Positions 8,058 through 17,508 of a stretch of 64,000 nucleotides of DNA are shown here, in pieces. Source of the stretch: a virus; the UHGV virus genome UHGV-0200554. One strand, written 5' to 3'. The translations under genes and the position numbers were made by a program. The notes beneath the pieces are model-generated. The model ran no database searches. It worked only from the letters and a program-made list of their open reading frames with translations, and was not told the DNA's origin. The stretch's first letter is position 1. Each line of letters opens with the position of its first letter.

Positions 8058-8414
8058 ATGAGAATCATCGACCTGTTAAACCGTATGCCGGACGTCAACG
8101 AGATGGCCCCCGATATGAACGAAATTGATCGAGAAGCTGCCGAAAAAGCGGCCCGTAAAATTAAATGCCGTGGGGCCGCTATCGGTGCGGTGCTTTTTGG
8201 CCTTGCTTATGCTCATATTGATTTGGTCCATAACATTTTCCACAATGCACCGATCAAAATCGTGTTAGCCTGGATTGTCTGCTACGTGTGCGGTGAGTAC
8301 ATTTACCCGGTTGCCAAAAAATTGGCCCCGTGGGCCGTCCTGGGTGCGGTGATCTATTATGTTGCGCCTGTGATTATTGCAATCGTAAAACATTACACAG
8401 CGCAACAAATGTAA
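8058..8414 (+). CDS. hypothetical membrane protein (118 aa)
   Basis: RBS aggaat; two or more hydrophobic segments. Confidence 0.65.
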   Translation: MRIIDLLNRMPDVNEMAPDMNEIDREAAEKAARKIKCRGAAIGAVLFGLAYAHIDLVHNIFHNAPIKIVLAWIVCYVCGEYIYPVAKKLAPWAVLGAVIYYVAPVIIAIVKHYTAQQM

Positions 8415-8424
8415 GAGATTCTAA

Positions 8425-8450
8425 GGGCCGCAAATAAGCGGCCTTTTTTA
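8425..8450 (+). terminator. Intrinsic terminator
   Basis: GGGCCGC-aaataa-GCGGCC hairpin followed by TTTTTTA. Confidence 0.75.
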
Positions 8451-8753
8451 TGGCCCCGCCTCCTGTGTTTAAAATCCTTCCTGTAAGCCCCGCCATTGAG
8501 ATTTACCCGCAAGATAAGCAAGTGTAAAGCCCCACCATTCCAGGCCGTTGCAGGCCCTGCCAGGTGCCTAAAAATCGATTTATACGCTTCCACTATTGCC
8601 AACCTTCAAAGCGATCCAGACTTAAAAGTGTTGCCCCTGCAAAATGAGAATAGTTATCATCTTATAAATTTTTCTTGCAATGTGGTCTGTTGTGTGTATA
8701 CTTATTCTTGAAAGGGGAATACCTCCCCCACCAACAACAAAGGAGTTAAAATT

Positions 8754-9035
8754 ATGTTCCCTAACCTATTCCCTGGTGCGGTTATCAATTTTGAAGCCCG
8801 TTATTTGCAAGCTGGTATGATTATCATTCGAAATGATCGCCCATTGAAATTAACTAGGGTAGAATACAATGAAGGCCAGGCCCCTGGCGAGGAAACTGTA
8901 GACTACTTCTTCATGTATGCAGATGAGGATCCAAATGATAACACTGGCGAATGGTTTAACTTCTTCCTGCCGGACGAAATGATTAAAGTGCTTTATTATC
9001 CTGGTAACCGTTATCCGCTTCATGCGCTTTTCTAA
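8754..9035 (+). CDS. hypothetical protein (93 aa)
   Basis: RBS aaaggag upstream of ATG. Confidence 0.65.
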   Translation: MFPNLFPGAVINFEARYLQAGMIIIRNDRPLKLTRVEYNEGQAPGEETVDYFFMYADEDPNDNTGEWFNFFLPDEMIKVLYYPGNRYPLHALF

Positions 9036-9050
9036 AAAAAATCTTCATAA

Positions 9051-9076
9051 AGGCTTGCAATGTGCAGGCCTTTTTC
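9051..9076 (+). terminator. Putative intrinsic terminator
   Basis: AGGCTTGCA..GCAGGCCT imperfect hairpin followed by TTTTT. Confidence 0.5.
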
Positions 9077-9130
9077 CTACTATAAAGGTGAAGAAAGAAG
9101 TAAGGCCAACAGTTAGAGGAGTAACAAATT

Positions 9131-9340
9131 ATGGGCATGGGAAGAGATAAACGTAAAGCGGCGAAAGCAAGAAAAGCGGCAGCAAAGGCCGCACCTGTTA
9201 AAGCTGTACCGTACCACGTCAATATAAACAACCTGGAAGTAATGAACAATCCGGCCCCTATGGAAGAATTTAACGATGCGGATTGGAGGGCGGTAGCAAG
9301 AATGGTTATCCGGCTTGAACGCCTTGCCAGGGAAGAGTAA
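9131..9340 (+). CDS. hypothetical basic protein (69 aa)
   Basis: RBS agaggag; Lys/Ala-rich N-terminus. Confidence 0.6.
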   Translation: MGMGRDKRKAAKARKAAAKAAPVKAVPYHVNINNLEVMNNPAPMEEFNDADWRAVARMVIRLERLAREE

Positions 9341-9361
9341 AAAAGTTAGAAAAAAAAACGG

Positions 9362-9390
9362 TTGACACAGAATAGAGAAGGCCTATAATT
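9362..9390 (+). promoter_or_regulatory. sigma70 promoter (consensus)
   Basis: TTGACA, 17 bp spacer, TATAAT. Confidence 0.75.
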
Positions 9391-9439
9391 AAAGTGAAAG
9401 AAGTAATTAGAAACAACAAAATAAGAAGAGGTAAGTATC

Positions 9440-9706
9440 ATGAAAATGGTAGACGTTAAAGGCATCAAGAACGTTAAAATGCAAAAAAATACTCCCGCAA
9501 ACGTTCTTAAAAAAGCCCTGAGCATCCTAGAAGCACACAACGCAAAAACGGTGCATCCTGTTAAATTAAATTGCGGTTATGGCTATAAATACAATATTAA
9601 TAAAGACTGGAGGCTGTTAAACCGTGATGGCGAATTTAAAGATTGGTTAATTGTTGAGCACTTGGAGTATAATCGTCTGGTTGGCGTAAAAGGCGCTCAT
9701 AAATAA
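9440..9706 (+). CDS. hypothetical protein (88 aa)
   Basis: RBS aagaagagg upstream of ATG. Confidence 0.65.
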   Translation: MKMVDVKGIKNVKMQKNTPANVLKKALSILEAHNAKTVHPVKLNCGYGYKYNINKDWRLLNRDGEFKDWLIVEHLEYNRLVGVKGAHK

Positions 9707-9751
9707 CGCCAGAACATGAAAACACAGCATAAAACACTAAGAGGGAACGCC

Positions 9752-9931
9752 ATGATTAGAGAATCCCAAATACTTTACGAAAATGGCAACTACTGGATCC
9801 TTGAGGCTAAACCGGGGGTTTACCAGGTGATGGTAAAAGGTTTAACGCATTCGACTTGCGATAGCGCCTACGCAGATTTTGATCTAGCATTGGCCCGGTG
9901 TGAGTACCTGGCACGAAGAGAAAACGCATAA
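9752..9931 (+). CDS. hypothetical protein (59 aa)
   Basis: Track ORF 9716..9931 trimmed to ATG after agaggga RBS. Confidence 0.45.
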   Translation: MIRESQILYENGNYWILEAKPGVYQVMVKGLTHSTCDSAYADFDLALARCEYLARRENA

Positions 9932-9986
9932 AAGAAAGGCCCCACCCAGGGGCCTTAACTTTATGAAAAAAAATCTGAAAAAATAG

Positions 9987-10014
9987 TTGACACCTTGCTG
10001 GGATAGTATATTAT
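9987..10014 (+). promoter_or_regulatory. sigma70 promoter with upstream A-tract
   Basis: TTGACA, 16 bp spacer, TATTAT. Confidence 0.6.
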
Positions 10015-10057
10015 TAAATTGAAAGCAGTACTAAACCACTTGAAAGAGGAAAAGATC

Positions 10058-10540
10058 ATGAAAGCGTTCAAATATGTTTTAGCGGCCCTGGCGATGGTTA
10101 TCGGTGTAAATGTGAATGCTGGCGGTTTTAGAGTCGAGGCCCCCGAGCATATCAATCCGGTTTATGTGAAAGAAATTTTAATGAATTGCGCCGGGGAAAT
10201 GGTTGCACCTGATGCGGTGTTTAATCCTGATGCACCGATCAACGTTAAAAAAGGTTGGCTGGCTAAAGCTGACAAAGAATGTAAAACATTGGTAAATAAT
10301 GTTATCGTTCACGCCCTGATTGTTGACCTGATTATCAAGAAAGGCCCTGAAAATATGAAGGGCATGGACGAAGAGGAGTTTAAAGAGTATTTCTATAACG
10401 AAGAAATGAAAGTGGAGAATTACCATTTTGATGAAAACGGTTATGAAGATGTTAAAGCTAACTTGAAAGATGTTTACAATCTTGCGCTTGAAAATCCTAA
10501 AGCCGCCCATGCTATCAAGGTGCGAATGATGGGAAAATAA
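10058..10540 (+). CDS. secreted/periplasmic protein with signal peptide (160 aa)
   Basis: Track ORF trimmed to ATG after aagagga RBS; N-terminal signal-peptide-like segment. Confidence 0.6.
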   Translation: MKAFKYVLAALAMVIGVNVNAGGFRVEAPEHINPVYVKEILMNCAGEMVAPDAVFNPDAPINVKKGWLAKADKECKTLVNNVIVHALIVDLIIKKGPENMKGMDEEEFKEYFYNEEMKVENYHFDENGYEDVKANLKDVYNLALENPKAAHAIKVRMMGK

Positions 10541-10545
10541 AAGTA

Positions 10546-10573
10546 TTGACAAGCTGCCAGGTTGTTGTAAGAT
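10546..10573 (+). promoter_or_regulatory. Putative sigma70 promoter
   Basis: TTGACA then TAAGAT at 16 bp. Confidence 0.45.
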
Positions 10574-10617
10574 GTAAATAAAAGAAGTACCACACCAAAT
10601 AAGAGGAGTACCAAATC

Positions 10618-10797
10618 ATGAAACGGAATATTAAAAAGGTCAACAACCTGGTAAATGTTGCAATGCGTGAACGTGAAAATGCTCTAGACCTTCTCCCCGA
10701 TGACGATATCGATGAGGAGGTGGCAGAAAAAGCCGTCTACCTGGCTAAAAACCTTGAGAATTTCGACATGCACGAACTGTTAAAAATGGCCCTGTAA
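10618..10797 (+). CDS. hypothetical protein (59 aa)
   Basis: RBS aagaggag then ATG; below ORF-track cutoff. Confidence 0.5.
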   Translation: MKRNIKKVNNLVNVAMRERENALDLLPDDDIDEEVAEKAVYLAKNLENFDMHELLKMAL

Positions 10798-10849
10798 GGC
10801 GGGGCCGATACCCCGCCAGCTATCCACCAAATCGAAAGGAGTGATTATT

Positions 10850-11146
10850 ATGTTTATCCCTGCAAACGGTTTATTCTTCTTTGACGGTATGATCGACAAT
10901 GCCGCCGTAATGGTCGAGATTGCCAACAAAAACGGCGGCCAGGTGATGGCATTCCGTGATGACCATGACCATGATCGATGGTTAGAGGTCGAGATCCAAA
11001 AAGTGGACGAAAAAAGCTATCTAGTGATCTACCGCCTCTTTGAAGACGGTCGCCAGGAGGCAGGGGATCAGGCCATCTTCCCGCGCTACATGGTCCAGGG
11101 TGCGATCATCGCTTTCGTGAACGATGTTTTCCCTGTTGAAGAATAA
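10850..11146 (+). CDS. hypothetical protein (98 aa)
   Basis: RBS aaaggag; ATG at 10850 preferred over GTG at 10841. Confidence 0.6.
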   Translation: MFIPANGLFFFDGMIDNAAVMVEIANKNGGQVMAFRDDHDHDRWLEVEIQKVDEKSYLVIYRLFEDGRQEAGDQAIFPRYMVQGAIIAFVNDVFPVEE

Positions 11147-11216
11147 CCGACTATACTCGAAAGCTGAAAATCAAAAAATAGCCCATCTAATCGCCACACA
11201 GGCGGGATAAACCTGG

Positions 11217-11249
11217 GGAGGCCTTGCAAGTGCATAGCCTCCTTTTTCA
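11217..11249 (+). terminator. Intrinsic terminator
   Basis: GGAGGC..GCCTCC hairpin followed by TTTTT. Confidence 0.6.
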
Positions 11250-11353
11250 TGCCCTTAAAACGCTTCCTGTTGCGTTTCCTGCGATACGGTCCAGGCCGTG
11301 ACGGCGGTCCGGTCCGGTGTAGGGTGTTCAAATGTTGTAACTAAAAATAATCC

Positions 11354-11381
11354 TTGCACCGATTCACAAATAGGCTATAAT
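11354..11381 (+). promoter_or_regulatory. sigma70 promoter
   Basis: TTGCAC, 16 bp spacer, TATAAT. Confidence 0.6.
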
Positions 11382-11425
11382 AAAAATGAAAGAGGTAATT
11401 ACCTCACATAATAAGGGGCAAAATC

Positions 11426-11683
11426 ATGAAAGGCTGGATTAAAAAGGTGACCGAAAAACGTTTTAACGCCATTTGGGATCTTATTGAAAAGGAAGAAGGT
11501 GCCTCAAGCCGCTACCTCAATAATCTTGAATTTCATTACGTGGAAGCGATGAATGCAGAACATGACCACAAAGGCGGCGCGGATGATTTTGCAAAAAGGT
11601 ACGGTTTTAATAATGCCAACGAGATGATCGAGGCGGTTGTACTCCAGGCAGAAGAAGACTACGCAGAAAGGGCGCTTGGTTAA
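11426..11683 (+). CDS. hypothetical protein (85 aa)
   Basis: RBS aagggg upstream of ATG. Confidence 0.65.
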   Translation: MKGWIKKVTEKRFNAIWDLIEKEEGASSRYLNNLEFHYVEAMNAEHDHKGGADDFAKRYGFNNANEMIEAVVLQAEEDYAERALG

Positions 11684-11726
11684 TACACGGGCCGAAAGGC
11701 CCACCACACAAAGAGGAGTAAAAATT

Positions 11727-11921
11727 ATGGCACTTAAAAAATTAACTGAAAAAACTCGTTGGGATATGATCGACGGGGAAGTCTATATTTTCGCCCGTAA
11801 ACCTGGCGATCAAAAATGGGTAAAAGCGTTCACTTGTCACCCTGCTGTTATTGACCTCATTAAAAGTAAAGGCCTACGTGAAGCAGTGGCACGTAGTCTA
11901 TTAATCCCTTGCAAAGAATAA
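11727..11921 (+). CDS. hypothetical protein (64 aa)
   Basis: Track ORF 11637..11921 trimmed to ATG after aagaggag RBS. Confidence 0.6.
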   Translation: MALKKLTEKTRWDMIDGEVYIFARKPGDQKWVKAFTCHPAVIDLIKSKGLREAVARSLLIPCKE

Positions 11922-11943
11922 TATAACTGACGAAATAATAAGA

Positions 11944-11967
11944 GGCCGCAAATAAGCGGCCTTTTTG
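11944..11967 (+). terminator. Intrinsic terminator (end of rightward small-gene block)
   Basis: GGCCGC-aaataa-GCGGCC hairpin followed by TTTTTGTT; near-identical to 8425 terminator. Confidence 0.75.
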
Positions 11968-12469
11968 TTGTCTGTAGTATAGTGAATCCGGTATTCAAAA
12001 CAGCGGATCATTCCGCGAACGCTATGCGTGATGTGTGCATAAAATAAAATGCCTATAAATTAACCACACCACAAAAAAGCTGTATGTGCATACATAGTTT
12101 TTAAGTTTTTTCAGTTTTCAGCTGTCAAATGTGGGGCATTTTGTGAAGTATCTCACACTTTTCGGCTGATGCACATTTTATATAGCTATGTCAACAACTA
12201 TAAATCTTTATAAAACAGTAAGTTACAAAGTCCATTTTTTGAAAAATCGGGTATAACTATAGGCGCGAAATTCTATTTTTCACGTAGCGTCACGATAAGA
12301 TGTATCTGATAGGTATGTTTTAATTATGCAATATTAATGCATAACCAACATGTGATAAATATTCTCAACAACCCGGCAGATGTATTAAATATGGTGACTA
12401 TTCCACCCCACATTATTTCAGACGGCAACTATTCCGATGTGTGATTAATATACTTTCAGGCGGTGATTA

Positions 12470-12620
12470 TTCTGTATCTCAATAATCTATATAATATAAT
12501 ATTAGTAATATAATTAGATTATGAGATACAAGAAAACATCTAAAATAGTAAAATTACAATTAATGAAAATATATAAATTGCATAAAATAAAATAAGACAA
12601 ATAACAATTTGCGAATGCAA
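12470..12620. other. AT-rich tract (candidate DNA unwinding element)
   Basis: About 150 bp of almost pure A/T (aataatctatataatataatattagtaatataatt...). Confidence 0.4.
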
Positions 12621-13060
12621 TGATCACAATATGCAACGATAACATGGCGCGACCGGAGGGAGCGACATAATAACGCTGAGTGACAATAACACCCCCGTGT
12701 TATTATCCAGCATTATTATCTCGCTAATTTATGATTATCTCATAAATTAACATGTAATAATCCTCAGCGTTATTATGTCCTCCAATAACAATAAAAATTG
12801 TTATGGTAACGCTGAGTTATTACTATGTTAATAAAAGGGCATAAAGCCCGGTACTATGTACCATTAAATAATCTAAAACGATTACGTTTTCTCAGCGTTA
12901 TTGTGTCAAATGTTATGATAACAGTATATAATTATCTTGCTAACTTTCAGTATACATATTCCGCGTAGCGTCATGTGGAGCGTGTAGTAAACCTGTAGCA
13001 AGATAAGAATAACGCTGAGGTATTGTACCGTATGCAACGATAACATGGCGCAACTATAAC
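12621..13060. repeat. Dispersed direct and inverted repeats
   Basis: ATGCAACGATAACATGGCGC at 12631 and 13032; ATAACGCTGAG x3 and its complement x2; TTCCGCGTAGCGTCATG at 12957 and 13555. Confidence 0.6.
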
Positions 13061-13216
13061 AGGCCTAAAGAGTAAGATAAACAATAGTTTATGTGTATAA
13101 TCGGCGGGGCCTCCTGGCTGCGCTGTGTGAAACTATCATGTATGGAAACAGTCCAGGATGTTATGATTTCAGCATGGGATTGTGTGTTTTTGAATTGTGT
13201 ACGGGTAAACTGTGTG

Positions 13217-13270
13217 GGGTAAGTATAGGGGAAGTATAGGGGAAGTATAGGGGAAGTATAGGGGAAGTAT
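13217..13270. repeat. Tandem 11-bp iterons (AAGTATAGGGG x4 plus partial)
   Basis: Perfect 11-bp tandem units at 13221, 13232, 13243, 13254; period matches one helical turn. Confidence 0.7.
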
Positions 13271-13578
13271 GCCTAACAAATTTCGTTCTTTTTGTCAACA
13301 ATTTTTCTATGAAAGTGGTCCGACCAGTTATAAGATGCATCTACGGAGCATGTTATGTAGCTGGTATGGTAGTGTGCCAGTGCAATATGATGCCCGGTCA
13401 TAGCTTGTGTGGTGTACCTGTTACACCAGTAAATAGAATTAATAGCAGGCTAACTACTACAATGATTAATCTTTTAGTGCTGTAATAAACCGCAATTATT
13501 CTCCTTTCGATTGTTTTCGTTTCCTTTCGTTTCTTATCGTTTGAGCTGTGTTTTATTCCGCGTAGCGTCATGCTGAGC

Positions 13579-13618
13579 TGTGGATAAGTCTGTGGATAAC
13601 CCTGCCTCCTGTGGATAA
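13579..13618. promoter_or_regulatory. Three tandem DnaA boxes (TGTGGATAA, complement of TTATCCACA)
   Basis: Exact 9-mer consensus at 13579-13587, 13591-13599, 13610-13618, same orientation. Confidence 0.65.
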
Positions 13619-13830
13619 CTGGCCTGCTATGCCTGCTGTGTGGTACTATTGAACTACTGTACAAATGATCATAAGTGCGTATAATCGGTGTTACGTATGA
13701 TGAACAATACGAAGTAATAATTATTCCCACATGAGAAGGCTTATCATTTACTTAAATGTTGCTGTGGAAAACTGTAACGCATGTTATTATTCAACCCCAC
13801 ACAATGAGGGCGTGAACAGTCCCCCCCTAT

Positions 13831-13868
13831 AATCACTGTGTGCAACTATTAATCACTGTGAGTAACTA
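13831..13868. repeat. Iteron cluster B (AATCACTGTG..AACTA x2)
   Basis: Two copies related to iteron cluster A at 300-500. Confidence 0.45.
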
Positions 13869-14419
13869 CCATGCAATAACTAGGCCAATGGTCGCAAGGC
13901 CCCGGCTATCAATTGCGTAAACAGCCTCGATATTTGAGAATCATTCGCATTATGAGAAGGAGTCGCGTTTCGCCTGCCTAATACCTCAGATGTGAGTCTG
14001 GGTGTATCGGCCCCGCACTACCCCTGCTTCAGGACAGGACCTGCGGTCCGGTGACAACAACTTGTTGTGCACCATTGAGGATATTTGCCCCGGTTTGTAT
14101 GAATACCTCTTCAGGCTGTGTACCTCCCCGTAGGGGGGGTATGGTGAGAGGTAGTACGAATAAAAAAAAAATGAAGCCCTCTTCAGGCCTGTGATATTTG
14201 TGTGGCTGATATTTGTGGGGAATCCAGTATTTACGGGACTCCTGGACAGGGCGGGGAGGTATACACAAAGGAGGTATTATGTTAAAGATATGTTAAAATA
14301 TGTGGTGCTCTTTAGGCATTATTCTTCAATGAAATCAAGTGCTTAGGCTATGTGTGGGTATTTTCTGTGAATAATTGGCATGTTAATCGGATCAAAGAGG
14401 ATTAAAGAAGGGAAATGAT

Positions 14420-14448
14420 TTGACTCTTCATGCCACTTGTGGTATATT
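14420..14448 (+). promoter_or_regulatory. Putative sigma70 promoter
   Basis: TTGACT, 17 bp spacer, TATATT. Confidence 0.5.
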
Positions 14449-14481
14449 TTCGATACTGGTAAAGGGGGTTCGGAGGTCAGG

Positions 14482-14856
14482 ATGTTTGAGTTCAAAGCTG
14501 ATGCTCAGGAGTTCTACAACAAAGTTGCTAAGCCTGTTGTGGAGTCTGTTCAGGAACACCCTGCAAGCAGACCTACTTCTGTGGGGATAAAAGGTGTTAG
14601 CAAGTACTACAGAGGTAAACATGTGTATTACAGGGCTTACATCTGGGTAACACGCCACACTGTGAACAAGCAGTTGATCAAAACGTTTAAAACTCTGGAA
14701 GAAGCTGTAGCTCAAAGGCAGGAATGGGAACAGGTGAAGGATATTTTGGACGGGAAAGTAGCGATGGTATTACCTTTTGAATGGGATATGGTGTATGCTT
14801 CTAAATACTGGGAAGTTTATCATGGAATGGCTCAGGAGCAGGATGAAGATTATTAA
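14482..14856 (+). CDS. AP2-domain DNA-binding protein (124 aa)
   Basis: ATG after ggaggtcagg RBS; AP2-like segment GVSKYYRGKHVYYRAYIWV..FKTLEEAVAQRQEW. Confidence 0.6.
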   Translation: MFEFKADAQEFYNKVAKPVVESVQEHPASRPTSVGIKGVSKYYRGKHVYYRAYIWVTRHTVNKQLIKTFKTLEEAVAQRQEWEQVKDILDGKVAMVLPFEWDMVYASKYWEVYHGMAQEQDEDY

Positions 14857-15324
14857 TGGACCGTGAAGGTCCGGCATGTAATGCCAGTTTATGGAATGTA
14901 ATTTGTAGGCATGGAAGCTATTATTTTGCTTAGCTCTGTAATGATTAGCAGGCTGTGTGCTACAACCTTGTTGTACCTGAATCCTTAGGTTTCTAATGAT
15001 TAGTTTGCTAAGTATTTATATGTGCCTAACCCCCTACCCCCGGTTCTAGTCTCCCCAACAACGCTGGTACTTAAACTCTACCGTTATTGTGCCTTACTGC
15101 CCATATTACATCGCAGTTGGCTGGTCACTATAACCGCTCCCGCTCTCCAACCTCGACAAGCTCGTGCGATACTCCATTCATTCGGATGTTCACGCTGTTC
15201 ACTCAGTCGATATTCCCCTATCTCCTTCAATCCGAAGAGAGAGAAACCCAGAATCGTATTCTGGAAAAGAGAGAGAAGATCTAAATTATAGCAGGAGATG
15301 AGAGGAATTGCAATATGGAGGATA

Positions 15325-15342
15325 CCTACCAGAATTGGTAGG
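15325..15342. terminator. Putative bidirectional terminator hairpin between convergent units
   Basis: CCTACCA-gaat-TGGTAGG perfect 7-bp stem; flanking tracts only weakly U-rich. Confidence 0.3.
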
Positions 15343-15371
15343 CATATGTGGACAGCACTTATTGACAAAAA

Positions 15372-15599
15372 CTACTCCGTATCGATATCTACCTCTGTGC
15401 CTTCCTCAGGTACAGATAACATAGCCATCTGTAGAGCTTCCTCCCAGTTAGTGCGCTCAGCCTGAGCCACCAACTCATCCGGGTCTTTACCCAATGCTTC
15501 AGCTAACCGAGATACATAGAGTACACCAGGGAGAAGTTCAGGATCAAATTCAAGATAGAGAATCCCATCCCCATCTTCTGTGAAAAGCTCAAGTCGCAT
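15372..15599 (-). CDS. hypothetical acidic protein (75 aa); last gene of leftward block
   Basis: ORF from track, acidic composition. Confidence 0.45.
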   Translation of the reverse strand: MRLELFTEDGDGILYLEFDPELLPGVLYVSRLAEALGKDPDELVAQAERTNWEEALQMAMLSVPEEGTEVDIDTE

Positions 15600-15854
15600 A
15601 CTGGCTCCTTATGTTGACTTCATACAGGTTGTACGATGCCTAAAGAGTGAAATTACTTTGTCTCTTCAGGCAACAGAGCTTGCGATTGTTGTGGATGTGT
15701 GGGCAGAGAAGCTACATAGTAGTGAATAGCTCCACGACATACTACAACAGTATGCATATCATTGTGACCGCTCCAGCTACACACAATATAGCACTTATGA
15801 TTGCTAATGAGAACAGGCAGTAGCTGATAGCTGTGTCTGTAATATCACTTACCC

Positions 15855-16016
15855 TCATACGCTTCTCCTTGTTGCTCTTGCTACTTCAAAATAGTCTACA
15901 TATCTTGATTCTTGCAGGATACGATAGCCTTCCCTATCTGCGTCTTCGATTGTGTGGAAGCGATCTCCAAGCTCCATACGCTCACCAGATTGTAAAACAA
16001 TTATCAGCTTGTACAT
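15855..16016 (-). CDS. hypothetical protein (53 aa)
   Basis: Track ORF trimmed to ATG after gaaggaggg RBS. Confidence 0.4.
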   Translation of the reverse strand: MYKLIIVLQSGERMELGDRFHTIEDADREGYRILQESRYVDYFEVARATRRSV

Positions 16017-16312
16017 AGACCCTCCTTCATAATGCAAACTGATAATAGCACAGACAGGAGAAGGAGTCAAGCATAAACCGTGAAGAAAATAGATTATTTT
16101 CTGAGCAGTGAAGGTAAGGCTGGAAAAATTTTGGACAGCTCGCCGCTGGCGAGGAAATGTACAGACCCCCCCTAAAACGTAATAAGAGGGCCTGTAATGG
16201 GTTTTTAGGTTAGGGTAGGGTGTTTGCTCAAGTTCTTGCGAAAAATGCGTCAGAATTGCATCTAGGCCCCTTAAATTTGAAATCTGAGGTCTGTTTTTAG
16301 TCTTAGGGTCCT

Positions 16313-16528
16313 CTAAAAGTCCTCCCTTTCACGAAGTATTTTAGTGAACCCTTCAAGCCAGGTAGTGTCTGTGATCATATCAAGATCCTGTGCAAGTGCA
16401 CGTCTGACGTTCCTTTTATGCACCGCAGTTAGTGTTACCCAAAAGTCCAGAGGCATGTTGGCTAGACAAGAATTGTCGAAAGGGTAATTATGCACCTTAC
16501 CTTCAGAGCAGAGCACACTGAAATCCAT
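16313..16528 (-). CDS. hypothetical protein (71 aa)
   Basis: ORF in leftward block. Confidence 0.45.
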   Translation of the reverse strand: MDFSVLCSEGKVHNYPFDNSCLANMPLDFWVTLTAVHKRNVRRALAQDLDMITDTTWLEGFTKILREREDF

Positions 16529-16544
16529 TTGGCATCACCTCCGA

Positions 16545-16835
16545 TCACTTATGATCAGCGTCGTAGTCTTTCCAGGGGAGAAATTCGCAATCAAGGCCGG
16601 GGGCAACAACCTCACCAGTAGTAAGACCTTGCAGGAAGATAGTCTGCCCAGTTTCTGTAACGATGCATTCAAAATTCCTCTGATGGGCATAAAGCACCGT
16701 ATAGATCTCGCCGAGGTACAACCCTTTGATACCGCCTGTTTTTACGCACATGACGCTCATAAGAGGGTATAAACCTTCTTCACAAGTTAGTTTGCTCAGT
16801 TCTCTCATAGTGTATCTCATTGTGTCCTCCATCAT
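16545..16835 (-). CDS. hypothetical protein (96 aa)
   Basis: ORF; 4-nt overlap with upstream gene. Confidence 0.5.
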   Translation of the reverse strand: MMEDTMRYTMRELSKLTCEEGLYPLMSVMCVKTGGIKGLYLGEIYTVLYAHQRNFECIVTETGQTIFLQGLTTGEVVAPGLDCEFLPWKDYDADHK

Positions 16836-17140
16836 CCAAAAATTGTTTCGAGATAGGCAGCTCTGCGGTTTTTCGTGAAATCCTGCAAATCATTGAGATC
16901 GGCATCAGTCCTGGTACACAAAGACTCCCTGCATGTGTTCAGCCAATGCAGATCTATCATAACCTGACAGAAGTCCCTGGGTAGCATATTATCCATAACA
17001 TCCTTCTTGTCAAGGTTTGGGAAGATTTCATCGATAGTGCTATCATCGGGACTAATGATACTGAATGTTCTGTCAATACCTGTGCAGACAGCTACAAGTG
17101 TAGGGCTGTCACCAGGCAACAATTCGTGATCACGAGACAT
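16832..17140 (-). CDS. hypothetical protein (102 aa)
   Basis: ORF in leftward block. Confidence 0.5.
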   Translation of the reverse strand: MSRDHELLPGDSPTLVAVCTGIDRTFSIISPDDSTIDEIFPNLDKKDVMDNMLPRDFCQVMIDLHWLNTCRESLCTRTDADLNDLQDFTKNRRAAYLETIFG

Positions 17141-17184
17141 GTAAACCTCAGATAAAGAAAAAGGGAGCCAAAGCTCCCTTCAGA

Positions 17185-17490
17185 TTATTCTGCTGAACGC
17201 TTGAAGAGGATATCAGTCTCTTCCATTGCGTCAACTTCGGCTTCCAGTTTCGCGCGACGTTTCTCTGATTCATATCTCTTATCGAATTCAGTAGCCACCA
17301 GTGACTTCAGGAATTTAGGAGAAATCAAGTGATCTTCTTTTTCCACCTTGATAATATCCTTCATTGCTTCCTTCATGTCTTTAATTTTCAACTGGAGATC
17401 AACCAGTTCTTCAACTGTTTTACGCAGACGTTCGCGTTCTGCTGGGTCAGCCGGAAGAGAAGTAAACAGTTCAACTTTAGTACGTGCCAT
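17185..17490 (-). CDS. hypothetical charged helical protein (101 aa)
   Basis: ORF; Lys/Glu-rich. Confidence 0.5.
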   Translation of the reverse strand: MARTKVELFTSLPADPAERERLRKTVEELVDLQLKIKDMKEAMKDIIKVEKEDHLISPKFLKSLVATEFDKRYESEKRRAKLEAEVDAMEETDILFKRSAE

Positions 17491-17508
17491 CTTTAGAGGT
17501 CCCCTTTC

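Larger units (their letters stand above)
11970..14420. other. Non-coding repeat-rich region: putative replication origin / injection-stop-like control region
   Basis: No ORF with RBS over 2.4 kb; contains DnaA boxes, 11-bp iterons, dispersed repeats and an AT-rich tract. Confidence 0.55.

Noticed and set aside
13217-13270. Possible CRISPR array (tandem 11-bp repeats)
   Set aside because: Units are contiguous with no spacers, only 11 bp long, and there are no cas genes; this is an iteron-type tandem repeat.
13398-14268. ORF-track ORFs 13398..13730 (-) and 14029..14268 (-) inside the non-coding region
   Set aside because: No Shine-Dalgarno sequence or promoter, low-complexity translations, and they overlap the DnaA boxes and repeats; judged spurious.
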